Source: Anaerolineales bacterium (lineage in GTDB: Bacteria > Chloroflexota > Anaerolineae > Anaerolineales > UBA4823). Taken from it: a stretch of DNA of 55,375 nucleotides. A program made the position numbers and the translations under genes. The notes beneath the pieces were generated by a model. It made no database searches, was not told the origin of the DNA, and saw only the letters and a program-made list of their open reading frames with translations. The DNA is taken from positions 1-55,375 of the forward strand of contig JAYRNN010000209.1 of assembly GCA_041912175.1 (NCBI GenBank), given 5' to 3'. Positions 28,659 to 38,375 of the stretch are shown one piece after another (the stretch's first letter is position 1; every line of letters starts with the position of its first letter).

Positions 28659-29385
28659 ACATCAATTGAGACCCTTTTTAGGGGGCTTATTATTGTGGTT
28701 TCTATTAAGCGCTTGTTCAAACGCTCAAAATGCTCCATCCGTCCGCCATTATTCGGCGCCCGAATTAACCGTGAATACCGAACCTTTTCAGCAGTCTGAC
28801 TGCCCGGTAGACGATTCCGGCCAAAATAACTGTCCTCCTGATAGCCCGATTGGGCAATTGGGCTGCGATAGGATATCAGCGCCTGGTGACTATTTGGGTG
28901 GGATGGACCCATCCTATCCGATCAATATGTGTTGGAAACGAGGAGGTGGTGGACAAACCCCTTCTTCGGAAGAATACGTATACCGAGAAGGTTGCTTATT
29001 GCCACAATATGCTCGCTATGTGATCCAGCGAGATGGAAAATTTGAGGTTCTGCGATCCGTTGCTGATCTTCAAAAAGTTTATGCTCCGATTACATCAGAA
29101 AATGAGGCTCTTTCTTATGCGCTCGCGGCAACTGGTTTATCAGCTTATTACGATCTGGTGGCGCCGCCTGGTTTTCGCTATTTTGTGGATAAACTTGAAG
29201 ATACCCACGTGGTTTCTTCGGACCAGGGTTTTCTGGTGTATTTGTATGCTTATAAATTCTGCGGCTGTGGACCGCACACCACTTCTTATGTTGAGGTGTT
29301 AATTAAGCCAGATGGATCAGTGCAGGAAACCGGACGGACGCCCGTCTTTGAGGATCCTGAGCAGGATACCCTATGTATCGATTAG
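28624..29385 (+). CDS. Cysteine-rich lipoprotein of unknown function
   Basis: Lipobox WFLLSAC; about 10 Cys residues in the mature part. The start is ambiguous: ATG at 28624 or 28630, or TTG at 28666 just after the upstream stop. Confidence 0.55.
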   Translation: MLMIFRLFHNHKHQLRPFLGGLLLWFLLSACSNAQNAPSVRHYSAPELTVNTEPFQQSDCPVDDSGQNNCPPDSPIGQLGCDRISAPGDYLGGMDPSYPINMCWKRGGGGQTPSSEEYVYREGCLLPQYARYVIQRDGKFEVLRSVADLQKVYAPITSENEALSYALAATGLSAYYDLVAPPGFRYFVDKLEDTHVVSSDQGFLVYLYAYKFCGCGPHTTSYVEVLIKPDGSVQETGRTPVFEDPEQDTLCID

Positions 29386-29392
29386 GTGGATC

Positions 29393-29995
29393 ATGAATCG
29401 GATAGAGATAATCGTTCCTCCCCAGACGCCCGGCCAATACTTTGGTTCAGCGATCTTACGTTTGTGCCGGTGGCAGATCATCGGTCGTTTTTCGGATGAG
29501 CCGAAATTTATCACGATTGGCGCGCCGCATACAACGAATTGGGATTTTGTGATGATGTTATTGTTAAAAATTGCTGTTGGCGTTGATATGCATTGGATTG
29601 GGAAAGATTCACTATTCCATGCTCCGTTTGGCAGGATCATGAAATGGTCGGGAGGCATTCCAGTTAACCGCAGGTCCCGCAACAACTTTGTTGACCAGAT
29701 TGTGGATTTATTTAACCGCCGAGAGCGGTTAGTGATTGCAATTACGCCTGAAGGGACGCGCAGCAAAGCGAACTATTGGAGAACCGGCTTTTACTATATG
29801 GCCTTAGGCGCGAATGCGCCAATCCAATTGGTAGGTATTGATTATCCCAGCCGGACGATTGAAATCGGTCCTTTGTTAATGCCCAGCGGAGATATCGAAA
29901 AAGATTTTGGGGTGATTCGCAAATTCTATGCCGAAAAAAACGGTAAATATCCTCAAAAACAGGGTGAAATCTTGATCAAGCCAGAAGACATTTAA
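29393..29995 (+). CDS. Short PlsC-family acyltransferase (1-acyl-sn-glycerol-3-phosphate acyltransferase-like)
   Basis: HX4D motif in GAPHTTNWDFVMM, and the block ITPEGTRS typical of lysophospholipid acyltransferases. Start at the ATG at 29393, immediately after the upstream stop. Confidence 0.75.
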   Translation: MNRIEIIVPPQTPGQYFGSAILRLCRWQIIGRFSDEPKFITIGAPHTTNWDFVMMLLLKIAVGVDMHWIGKDSLFHAPFGRIMKWSGGIPVNRRSRNNFVDQIVDLFNRRERLVIAITPEGTRSKANYWRTGFYYMALGANAPIQLVGIDYPSRTIEIGPLLMPSGDIEKDFGVIRKFYAEKNGKYPQKQGEILIKPEDI

Positions 29996-30048
29996 AAAAA
30001 GAAGCATTTTATATATTTGCTTATAAAGCCCCCAGCGCCTAAAATAAT

Positions 30049-31074
30049 TTATTCAGCCAGTGCCTGGGCTTTTTCCTCTCGAACAAGCCAGCGAAATGCC
30101 GCCATACCAATCAACATCGGCAGCCAGAAAGTGATTGCCCGATATGTTAGAGTGATCACCGTTGCGGCGCCAAGCGGGACGTTCAGCGTTGTCAAAGTCA
30201 GCGGAAGCAAACCTTCCACAACACCCATGCCTCCAGGGGTCGGGGAAACGATGGTGAAAAGATAGCTGATACTCCAGCCCGCCACAATCGTCCCCGTCGA
30301 AAATGGAACATTGAAAGCCAGGAAGGTCAATAAGAAAATTAATACGAGTAATATTTTTCCATTCAGTGCTAAACCCGCCGGAAGCAGAAGGCTTTTTGGC
30401 TGGTAACGCAATCGGTGCAAGCCTCCAGCAGCGTCGTGGGCAAATTCGTGTGCGCGGTGTTCAGCGATATATTCGCGGTGTAAAAACGGCCAGAGCATGC
30501 GATTTACCTGTCGAGCCATCATGGCCAGGGTATTACCCAACGCAGTCGCTGATCGCATACCGATGTAAAGCAAAGTACCCAAGATGATCACAAATGTAAC
30601 CATAATTGCACTGGCTACCAGCTCGGTTGATGATAGCGTTGATCGCCGGAAAAATACAATTAACCCTAGAGCCAGCACGATTAAAAAGCCGAGATAGTCT
30701 AAAAGGACGACAACTGCGCTAGCCACCGCCACACGCGCTTGAGAAATTCCTTTGCGCTTAGCCTCGGAGACAAAAGCTGCAATCCCACCAACTCCTCCCG
30801 AAGGGGCGATAATATTTAGAAAGTATGCTGCTGCTACAGTTAATAACAGGTGTTCGTACCTTTCGTCCATCCCCATCGCCCGGTAAATTACCCAGAAGTT
30901 CAATGTTGTATTTCCGAGCCATAGACACATCACAAAAATGGAAAGCGCGAGGAATCTCCAGTCAGCTTGTTTGAGTGTATCTACGATGTTTGAAACTTCT
31001 GCCGTTCGGGCCAGTATAAATGTAACTGTAAACATTAAAACAACAGCTATAGCGAATTTCCGCATGCTGGGCAT
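30049..31074 (-). CDS. Flippase-like / lysylphosphatidylglycerol-synthase TM-region family membrane protein
   Basis: About 8 TM helices with a GG-rich block IAPSGGVGGIAAF and a late SPTPGGMGVVEG motif, typical of the UPF0104/LPG_synthase_TM family. No C-terminal synthase domain. Confidence 0.65.
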   Translation of the reverse strand: MPSMRKFAIAVVLMFTVTFILARTAEVSNIVDTLKQADWRFLALSIFVMCLWLGNTTLNFWVIYRAMGMDERYEHLLLTVAAAYFLNIIAPSGGVGGIAAFVSEAKRKGISQARVAVASAVVVLLDYLGFLIVLALGLIVFFRRSTLSSTELVASAIMVTFVIILGTLLYIGMRSATALGNTLAMMARQVNRMLWPFLHREYIAEHRAHEFAHDAAGGLHRLRYQPKSLLLPAGLALNGKILLVLIFLLTFLAFNVPFSTGTIVAGWSISYLFTIVSPTPGGMGVVEGLLPLTLTTLNVPLGAATVITLTYRAITFWLPMLIGMAAFRWLVREEKAQALAE

Positions 31075-31117
31075 TATACCGGATTATCGGGCCGGAAATA
31101 AATCGAACTTGATGATC

Positions 31118-32593
31118 TCAATCCAAATGAATTCGTTGCAGCTTTAGCTGGATCGCGGATTCGCTGGCAGGCTTCAAGCGGAATTGTTCGGCTATTCGAA
31201 GACCTGGAACCCAAACAATCTGATCCCCTGAGATGACGATTGGCCAGGCGGAGCGTACAAGGCTGGGCAGCTTTTGATTGATCATCATGTCGGAGATCTT
31301 TATCGAAGCTCCGCTCATACCTAATGGTTTCATGCGGTCGCCAGGCAGGCGAGGACGCACCTTCAGCCCTGACTTGATTTCTGATGCATCCAGCCAGGCA
31401 AAAAATGGCTCCTGGTTCTGTTCGGCCTGCAGCATAGCAGTCTGAATGTTAGGCGCAATTTCTGCGTCAAGCTGCCAGCCATTTGTCAGGGACAGTCTTC
31501 CTGGAACGTTTAGCGTAAATGTTTGGTTACGAGTGAGTTGGGGTAATTCTAAGATTTGCTCGTCTGGCAGCAGGGTATTCCAACCTGCCACCCATATCCT
31601 GGAAAGAGAAATTCTGAGCCTCAGACCGCCAATCCAGTCCGATTGTCCGCTCCTGCTCGGCTGGTCGATAAATGCACATGCTGTCTGTAGCGAAGGGTAA
31701 TCTACGTCCCGCAGGTCTGGCCGGAGCTGCCAGAGTGCACGGCGAAGCAAATGGCGCCGGACTGCAAACGATTGGGCGCGTAACGCGCTCAGGTCGAATG
31801 CAATCCAGTCAAGGTTTTCTTCAGCGAGGCATTCTTTCCATGCATTAGAAATGGTTCCGTCCAGAATACCCCTGTCTTCTCGAATGATATTGGCCATCTG
31901 CCATACGCGTTTTCGAAATCCTGGGTTATAGCTCTCGATATACGGGAGCAATTCGAGCCTGAGCTGGTTCCGATAATAACGCGTGTCGCGGTTGGTGGGA
32001 TCATAAACCGGTTGTAATCTATTCGCCTGAAGATAATCCAGGATATCTTGCCGCCAGATGCCTAAGAATGGCCGAATCAGGGGGATTTCGATGCTCCATG
32101 GATTGGGCAGGTTACGTATTTCCATGCCACGCAGCCCATCTAGGCCGCTGCCGCGCAAGAAATGCATCATGACTGTTTCAACCTGGTCATCGGCGGTATG
32201 ACCTGTCAAAACTGCCTGGGCCTGGTATAGGTGGGCCTGGTGGAATAAAAAACGGTAACGCAGTATTCGGGCGGCTTCTTCGATGGAGTAGTGATGCTCT
32301 TTTGCGAAGCCGGATATGTCTTCATGGCCGAGACAAAATTTTAAACCGCGCTCTTGAGCCATTTGTGCGACGGAAGAGGCATCTTCTACGGACTCTGGCC
32401 TTAGTTGGTGATCGAGATGGGCGACAATCACGTAATAACCAAGCTTCCAAACTACGTCAAGCAGGCAAAGGCTATCGGGACCACCTGATACAGCGAGAAT
32501 TAGGGGATCGCCAATCATCGTGCCGTCTCTGAACGAGTGTGGGTCAGCCAGCCCGCCTTCCGTTCGCAGGATACGTCCAATTTCCTCAATCAT
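31118..32593 (-). CDS. tilS: tRNA(Ile)-lysidine synthase
   Basis: PP-loop ILAVSGGPDSLCLL, the blocks LDHQLRPES and LTGHTADDQVETVMM, and a C-terminal TilS substrate-binding region. Confidence 0.9.
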   Translation of the reverse strand: MIEEIGRILRTEGGLADPHSFRDGTMIGDPLILAVSGGPDSLCLLDVVWKLGYYVIVAHLDHQLRPESVEDASSVAQMAQERGLKFCLGHEDISGFAKEHHYSIEEAARILRYRFLFHQAHLYQAQAVLTGHTADDQVETVMMHFLRGSGLDGLRGMEIRNLPNPWSIEIPLIRPFLGIWRQDILDYLQANRLQPVYDPTNRDTRYYRNQLRLELLPYIESYNPGFRKRVWQMANIIREDRGILDGTISNAWKECLAEENLDWIAFDLSALRAQSFAVRRHLLRRALWQLRPDLRDVDYPSLQTACAFIDQPSRSGQSDWIGGLRLRISLSRIWVAGWNTLLPDEQILELPQLTRNQTFTLNVPGRLSLTNGWQLDAEIAPNIQTAMLQAEQNQEPFFAWLDASEIKSGLKVRPRLPGDRMKPLGMSGASIKISDMMINQKLPSLVRSAWPIVISGDQIVWVPGLRIAEQFRLKPASESAIQLKLQRIHLD

Positions 32594-32713
32594 TCCTTTG
32601 TGATTATAGTCGAAATTATCTTGCTCCCCTTGTCTTTCGCCGGGCTTTATGCTAGACTGAGATCATAATTTTCAGGGTAGAACGGACAACGATTGGTTTT
32701 ATGGAAAAGATAA

Positions 32714-33487
32714 ATGGGTGAACTTTCTGGGTCTACTAAATTCGGAATCCGTTGTGCTACAGAGATTATCCGGGGAAGTAAAAAAGGGGTGGTCTTGAGC
32801 GGCGCGGGCATATCTACTCCCTCGGGGATTCCTGATTTTCGTTCCCCGCAAGGTGGGTTGTGGGAAAACGTCAATCCAATGGAAGTTGCTTCTCTATTAT
32901 CTTTCCGCTATCACCCCGATCGTTTATTTCACTGGATGCGACCACTGGTAGAGAGAATCAAACTGGCTGAGCCCAATCAAGGTCATATCGGCTTGACTCG
33001 CCTGCAAGAAGCTGGTTATGTTCAAACGATCGTTACACAGAATGTTGATGGTCTGCATCAAAGCGCCGGATCAAGAAATGTCCTTGAAGTACACGGCAGC
33101 ATGGGGACGCTGACTTGTATTGGCTGTTTTCGACAGTATTCATCGAATGGGTTCGTTGAATCATACCTGGAATGCGGAACTATCCCACATTGTCCCGATT
33201 GCGGCGAGGTATTAAAGCCAGATCTGGTCTTGTTTGGGGAACAATTGCCCGCACGAACCTGGTTACGCGCTCAGGATGTCGTTAAAAATTGTGACTTAAT
33301 GTTAGTGGTGGGCTCTTCTTTAGAAGTTCTACCTGTTGCAGGTCTCCCGATGAGCGCCTTACAGAATGGCGCGCACCTGATCATCATCAACAATTCTCAT
33401 ACCTACCTGGATGTGCGCGCAGATGTAGTCTTCCATGAGGATTTGGCGGAGATCATCCCTGAAATTGTAAAATCGGTCTTGGGATAG
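32714..33487 (+). CDS. cobB: NAD-dependent protein deacylase (sirtuin, CobB-type)
   Basis: GAGISTPSGIPDFRSP, TQNVDGLHQ, catalytic EVHGS, Zn ribbon CIGC...CPDC, and VVGSSLEV. Confidence 0.9.
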   Translation: MGELSGSTKFGIRCATEIIRGSKKGVVLSGAGISTPSGIPDFRSPQGGLWENVNPMEVASLLSFRYHPDRLFHWMRPLVERIKLAEPNQGHIGLTRLQEAGYVQTIVTQNVDGLHQSAGSRNVLEVHGSMGTLTCIGCFRQYSSNGFVESYLECGTIPHCPDCGEVLKPDLVLFGEQLPARTWLRAQDVVKNCDLMLVVGSSLEVLPVAGLPMSALQNGAHLIIINNSHTYLDVRADVVFHEDLAEIIPEIVKSVLG

Positions 33488-33494
33488 GCGCCGG

Positions 33495-35279
33495 TCAACG
33501 CGCCCCTCGCCGGCCAAACTGCCTTTCAAGTAAATCAACTGAAAGGTGGATCATGGTCGGTCGCCCGTGGGGACAGGTGCGCGGTGATTGGCAGGCTTCC
33601 AAATCGTCGACTAAAGTTCGCTGTTCTTCCAGTGTCAATGTCTTTCCGGCTTTTACCGCCGCACGCTTGCAGATGCGGGCTACGAGGCGCGCTTCGACTT
33701 CAGCCTGGAGCGGTGTTTCGTCTTCCTCAAAATCTTCTACCAGGACGCGCAGCGCTGCGCTCGGGTCGCTCCCTACTAACAGGCTTGGGATGGCGCGCAC
33801 CAAGAAAGTATTCAGTCCGAATGGCTCCACCTGGAAACCAAGCTGGTTGAGGTAAGGAAGTTGTTCATCGAGCAGGCGGCTCCCGGAGGGCGAGAGCTCC
33901 ACAGCCAAAGGTTGCAGTAAGCTTTGGGCGACGATCTGAGTTTTCCTTTGCGCCATGTAACGCTCATAAAGGATGCGCTCATGAGCAGCGTGTTGGTCTA
34001 TCAGGTAAAGCCCATCTGGTCCTTCGGCAACTAGATAAGCATTTGCAATTTGGCCCACCAGCCGCAACAAGGGGATATGAGCTGGCGAAAAATGGATTCG
34101 ATCTGGCCCAGGAGAAGCATGGTTGTCATCCAGCATCGTTTGGTCAGGTCGGGCAATCGTTGCCTGGTCCGTGGCTTCCCATGCATTAAACACCCGGGAT
34201 CCAGTAACGCCTTCTGTTTGCCAACCTGGATCGATATTACGGGAAATGGGTGGCGGCGCCCAGCGAATTGGGTCATTGATCCCAGGGGCTTGCGTGTGCA
34301 CTAACAGGGCACGACGGACTGCGCGCTGAACGCCGATGAAGATTCGCTCGGGGTCACGAAAGCGCACTTCAGCCTTGGTAGGATGAACATTGACGTCTAC
34401 CGTTTCTGGGGGGACCTCCAGAAAGAGGATTGCCTGAGGATACCGGCCGACCATTAATAGGGTATGGTAAGCTTTCAACAGGGCGGTTGCTAAAGCAGCA
34501 TCCTGTACAGGCCTACCATTTACGAAAAAAGTGATTTCTCGTCTGTTCGTGCGGGTAATCGAAATTGGGCTGATAAACCCACTGACACGGAGATCGTCAT
34601 CCTCAGACAACGTCACCAACATCTGCCTGGCGATCTCGGCTCCGTACAGTGCAGCCAGAACCTCCCGCCGATCTCCATTTCCACTTGTCTGCAAGGCTGG
34701 CCGCCCTTCCTGGCGTAAGCTGAAACGCACCTGTGGGTACGCTAGCGCATAACGCGTAACCAGGGTGTCGATCTGATGTCTCTCTGTGGTAGGATGTTTC
34801 AAAAACTTAAGTCTGGCAGGCACGTTGAAAAAAAGGTTTTCAACGCGCACCAGGGTTCCGGTTGGAGCGCCGGTAGCCTGAAGTGGACTTGCGAGCCCAC
34901 CTTCGACTTGCAGCCGCGCCCCCAGCTCTGCCCCGTTCGTTCGTGTGGTTAGGGTGAGGCGGGAAACGGATCCGATCGATGCCAGCGCTTCGCCTCGAAA
35001 ACCCAGGGTAGTGATATGAAACAGGTCGGCGGCATTATTAAGTTTACTGGTGGCATGGCGTTCAACAGCCAGGGCCAACTCTTCCGTAGGTATCCCGCTG
35101 CCATCATCCGCCACCTCAATCACACGTTGACCGGCGTCGAGGATTTCAATTGCCACATACGTCGCGCCTGCATCCAAGGCATTTTCGAGCAATTCTTTTA
35201 CGACTGAAGCCGGTCGTTCGACCACTTCGCCGGCTGCAATTTGTGAGGCTACTTCTGGGGGAAGAATCCGAATTGACAT
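33495..35279 (-). CDS. mutL: DNA mismatch repair protein MutL
   Basis: GHKL ATPase N-terminus IAAGEVVERPASVVKELLENALDAG, DDGSGI and FRGEALASI. The C-terminal dimerisation/endonuclease region includes DQHAAHERILYE and ...CPHGRP. Confidence 0.95.
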   Translation of the reverse strand: MSIRILPPEVASQIAAGEVVERPASVVKELLENALDAGATYVAIEILDAGQRVIEVADDGSGIPTEELALAVERHATSKLNNAADLFHITTLGFRGEALASIGSVSRLTLTTRTNGAELGARLQVEGGLASPLQATGAPTGTLVRVENLFFNVPARLKFLKHPTTERHQIDTLVTRYALAYPQVRFSLRQEGRPALQTSGNGDRREVLAALYGAEIARQMLVTLSEDDDLRVSGFISPISITRTNRREITFFVNGRPVQDAALATALLKAYHTLLMVGRYPQAILFLEVPPETVDVNVHPTKAEVRFRDPERIFIGVQRAVRRALLVHTQAPGINDPIRWAPPPISRNIDPGWQTEGVTGSRVFNAWEATDQATIARPDQTMLDDNHASPGPDRIHFSPAHIPLLRLVGQIANAYLVAEGPDGLYLIDQHAAHERILYERYMAQRKTQIVAQSLLQPLAVELSPSGSRLLDEQLPYLNQLGFQVEPFGLNTFLVRAIPSLLVGSDPSAALRVLVEDFEEDETPLQAEVEARLVARICKRAAVKAGKTLTLEEQRTLVDDLEACQSPRTCPHGRPTMIHLSVDLLERQFGRRGAR

Positions 35280-35299
35280 GCCTCAATTATAATTACTTT

Positions 35300-35953
35300 A
35301 TGCGTTACACAACTTTATTTTTCGATTTAGATGATACGCTGTATTCAAGCAGCTCGGGCCTGTGGGCCGCGATCCGGAACCGGATAGGGATGTATCTCAC
35401 TGATCGGCTCGGTTTACCGGAAGACCAGGCTAAAGATTTGCGTAATTATTATTTTTTGACCTACGGTACGACGCTGCGTGGCCTACAAATACACCACGGG
35501 GTGGATGCGGATGACTACCTGGCCTATGTCCATGATTTGCCATTAACCGAATATATTCATCCTCAGCCAGAATTACGCCGAATTCTCCAAAGGTTACCGC
35601 AGCAGTGTTGGATTTTTACAAACGCCGATGCCGGGCACGCCCGGCGAGTATTATCTGTTTTGGAATTGGAGTCTTGTTTTTGTGATATTATCGATATTCA
35701 TGCGATTGAGTTTAACTGCAAACCTGAACCGGCTGCATTCCGGTTGGCCATGGAAAAGGCAGGTGAAGTCGACCCACGGCGCTGCGTTTTCCTGGACGAC
35801 TCTCCTTCCAATATAAAGACTGCCCATGAGTTGGGTTTTTGGACGATTTTGATCGGACCGAACGGCCAGCCTGAGTCATGTGCAGATATAAAAATAACCA
35901 GCCTGTTGGCTCTGCCAGAAGCGATGCCAGAGCTCTGGGAATCAAATTTATGA
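35300..35953 (+). CDS. HAD-superfamily pyrimidine 5'-nucleotidase-like hydrolase
   Basis: HAD motif I FFDLDDTLY, motif II IFTNA, and motif III/IV KPEP...FLDDSPSN. Start at the ATG at 35300, only 20 nt from the divergent mutL start. Confidence 0.8.
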   Translation: MRYTTLFFDLDDTLYSSSSGLWAAIRNRIGMYLTDRLGLPEDQAKDLRNYYFLTYGTTLRGLQIHHGVDADDYLAYVHDLPLTEYIHPQPELRRILQRLPQQCWIFTNADAGHARRVLSVLELESCFCDIIDIHAIEFNCKPEPAAFRLAMEKAGEVDPRRCVFLDDSPSNIKTAHELGFWTILIGPNGQPESCADIKITSLLALPEAMPELWESNL

Positions 35954-36237
35954 ATATCAATGTGGATGCAGGCCGGGCGCTCCTGGTCATTGTGCTGACG
36001 ATCGTGGGGGTGATCGTGATTAATGTGGCTATTTACTACTCCATAAAAGGCAAAAGCACAATTGGACAGATCGAGATGATGCGTAAAGCGACCCGGCAGG
36101 CGCGTAACCCGTGGGAAATCGAAGACACAGCCTTACAAGAGCTGGCCGATATTGTCGCGGATCTGAAACAAGCGTCGCGCCAGGAAATCGCGGCCGGCGA
36201 TGAGCAATCTGAGCGCCAGGAGAAGCCTGATGAATAA
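35950..36237 (+). CDS. Small single-pass membrane protein, unknown function (95 aa)
   Basis: ATGA overlap with the HAD gene stop. One TM helix (ALLVIVLTIVGVIVINVAIYY) followed by a charged tail. Its 3' end overlaps the start of the CoA-transferase gene. Confidence 0.45.
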   Translation: MNINVDAGRALLVIVLTIVGVIVINVAIYYSIKGKSTIGQIEMMRKATRQARNPWEIEDTALQELADIVADLKQASRQEIAAGDEQSERQEKPDE

Positions 36238-37021
36238 AGTTATCTCGATGCAAGAAGCCGCGACCATGGTCGAATCGGACAGCATGCTCGCTTTAGGCGG
36301 TGTCACACTCTACCGTCGCCCGATGGCCTTCGTACGAGCGTTGATCCGGCGTTTTCAACAAACCGGAGAGCCACAAGGTTTGACCTTGCTGTCTTTCACC
36401 GCCGGCCTGGAGAGCGATTTGTTGGTTGGTTCTCAAATGGTGCAACGTGTGCGAAGCTGCTATTTTGGCCTGGAAATTTTCGGTCTCGCTCCAATGTTCA
36501 CCTTTCTGGCGAATCGGGGTGCGTTAGAAATTATGGAGGAAACAGAAGCCAGTCTGGCGTTTGGGCTGCGGGCGCAGATGGCGCATGTGGGTTTCATGCC
36601 CGGCCTTGGTTGGCTTGGCACCGACTTACCCCGGTTGCGACCGGATGTGAAAACAGTGATTGATCCCTACAGCGGGGAGGAATTGATGGCATTTCCGGCT
36701 ATCCGCCCAGATGTCGCAGTACTGCACGCCCTGCAATCAGATGCGCAAGGTAATGCGGTGATTGGCGGAAATAAGGGCGTAGATGTAGAACTGGCCCAGG
36801 CTGCCTCAAAGGTGATCCTCACAACCGAAGCCTTGGTCGCCGAAGTCCGTTCCGCCGATCTTGTCGCGCCGATGGTAACCGCCATCGTTGTGGAGCCAAA
36901 TGGCGCTTTGCCTACCTCTTGCCATCCATGTTATCCGATGGATGGCGAGGCGATCCTGGCTTATACAGAACAAGTCGGCGATCCCGAAACATTTAATACC
37001 TATCTCCAAAAGGTTCTATAG
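36230..37021 (+). CDS. Family-I CoA-transferase subunit A (glutaconate CoA-transferase GctA-like)
   Basis: N-terminus KVISMQEAATMVESDSMLALGG, then ...EETEASLAFGLRAQ... and VAVLHALQSDAQGN, typical of CoA-transferase alpha subunits. Start at the ATG at 36230. Confidence 0.8.
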   Translation: MNKVISMQEAATMVESDSMLALGGVTLYRRPMAFVRALIRRFQQTGEPQGLTLLSFTAGLESDLLVGSQMVQRVRSCYFGLEIFGLAPMFTFLANRGALEIMEETEASLAFGLRAQMAHVGFMPGLGWLGTDLPRLRPDVKTVIDPYSGEELMAFPAIRPDVAVLHALQSDAQGNAVIGGNKGVDVELAQAASKVILTTEALVAEVRSADLVAPMVTAIVVEPNGALPTSCHPCYPMDGEAILAYTEQVGDPETFNTYLQKVL

Positions 37022-37094
37022 CGATATTTATTTATTTCTAATACAAATCTGATTCCCATAATTTACAATGAATAAAATCATGAATGGAGATAAC

Positions 37095-38360
37095 ATGCGA
37101 GTAAATCGTGTTACAGGGGCGTTAATTGTTTTGTTGGTCATTGTATTGTTGAGTGGGACCTTTTTGGTCGGTTTTACAGCCGGGCGGTTTATCAGTCCTG
37201 CTTCGGCGAGTGCGCTTTTGCAAGGGGCTGGCACGACGAATAATTTACAGACAGCGTCGCCTGTTCAAACCGCGTCGCCTACCAGTAAACCGGTCAGCCG
37301 TGAACAATTATTTAAACCCTTCTGGCAGGCCTGGGATCTCGTCCACGAAAAGTACGTAGACCAACCAGTCGATGACGTTGTCTTGATGCGCGGCGCGATT
37401 TCTGGTATGTTGAAAGCCTTAGGCGATGAACATACTTCCTATTTGGATCCGGAACTCACCAAACGATTTGAAGCCCAGTTGAATGGCGAGGCGTACGAGG
37501 GTATTGGGGCCTGGGTAGATATTACAGGCGATTATTTAAAAATAATCAGCCCGATGCCAGGCTCGCCTGCCGAAAAGGCTGGTTTAAAACCGGGCGATCA
37601 GGTTGTGAAAATTGATGGCGAAGACATGATCGGGATCGATGGGGAAATGGCCAGAAAACGGGTATTGGGTCCGAAAGGTTCCGTTGTAACCTTAACTATC
37701 CTCCGCGTGGGCACAGAAGAGCCTTTCGATGTACAAGTCACTCGTGATGCGATCGTTGTACCGACCGTTGAAAGCAAGATGTTGGATAATAACATCGCCT
37801 ACATTCACTTATACACATTTGGCGATGACACCGCTCCGGACCTGAAAAAAGCGCTCAAAGAGGTGATGAAAAACGATCCGGTAGGTCTAATTCTGGACTT
37901 ACGCTACAATGGCGGTGGGTATTTACATACCGCAATCGATGTCGCTTCACAATTTATTCCTGAAGGTGTAATTGTGGTAGAGCAATATGGGGATGGGAGC
38001 AGCGAAACACTCACAGCAAACTCCGGCGGTCAGGCTACCAAGGTACCTATCGTTGTACTAGTTAATGAAGGGAGCGCCTCTGCGTCTGAAATTGTTGCGG
38101 GCGCCATCCAAGACCATGGCCGCGGTAAATTAGTAGGTGTGACTACCTACGGTAAGGGATCGGTGCAAACCGTAGAACAATTGGTTAACGATCAAGGCGA
38201 GGTGCGCGTTACAATTGCTCGTTGGCTGACCCCGAACGGTCGTCAAATCAACAAAATTGGCCTGGAGCCAGATGTAAAAGTTGAAATTACGGATGCGGAT
38301 CGTCAGGCAGGTCTTGATCCACAATTGGACAAGGCGATTCAACTTCTGCTTGGCAAATAA
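37095..38360 (+). CDS. S41 family C-terminal processing peptidase with PDZ domain
   Basis: PDZ block PMPGSPAEKAGLKPGDQVVKIDGE. S41 catalytic blocks LDLRYNGGG, LVNEGSASASEIVAGA (Ser) and TYGKGSVQ (Lys). Start at the ATG at 37095, preceded by GGAG; 37068 is an alternative. Confidence 0.9.
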   Translation: MRVNRVTGALIVLLVIVLLSGTFLVGFTAGRFISPASASALLQGAGTTNNLQTASPVQTASPTSKPVSREQLFKPFWQAWDLVHEKYVDQPVDDVVLMRGAISGMLKALGDEHTSYLDPELTKRFEAQLNGEAYEGIGAWVDITGDYLKIISPMPGSPAEKAGLKPGDQVVKIDGEDMIGIDGEMARKRVLGPKGSVVTLTILRVGTEEPFDVQVTRDAIVVPTVESKMLDNNIAYIHLYTFGDDTAPDLKKALKEVMKNDPVGLILDLRYNGGGYLHTAIDVASQFIPEGVIVVEQYGDGSSETLTANSGGQATKVPIVVLVNEGSASASEIVAGAIQDHGRGKLVGVTTYGKGSVQTVEQLVNDQGEVRVTIARWLTPNGRQINKIGLEPDVKVEITDADRQAGLDPQLDKAIQLLLGK

Positions 38361-38375
38361 TAAAGAGGAAATCGT

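Noticed and set aside
32714-33487. Sir2-domain protein as a possible anti-phage defence effector (Thoeris/DSR-like)
   Set aside because: It is a compact 257-aa canonical sirtuin with the NAD-binding GAGIS...PDFR motif, the catalytic His and an intact CxxC...CxxC zinc ribbon. It has no fused sensor or effector domains or partner genes, and it sits between the housekeeping genes tilS and mutL. It is best read as CobB-type protein deacylase.
35273-35293. TTGACA (35273-35278) plus TATAAT (35288-35293) as a canonical promoter for the HAD gene
   Set aside because: The two hexamers are only 9 nt apart, too short for a sigma-70 -35/-10 pair. Only the -10 element is retained, in the leaderless-mRNA observation.
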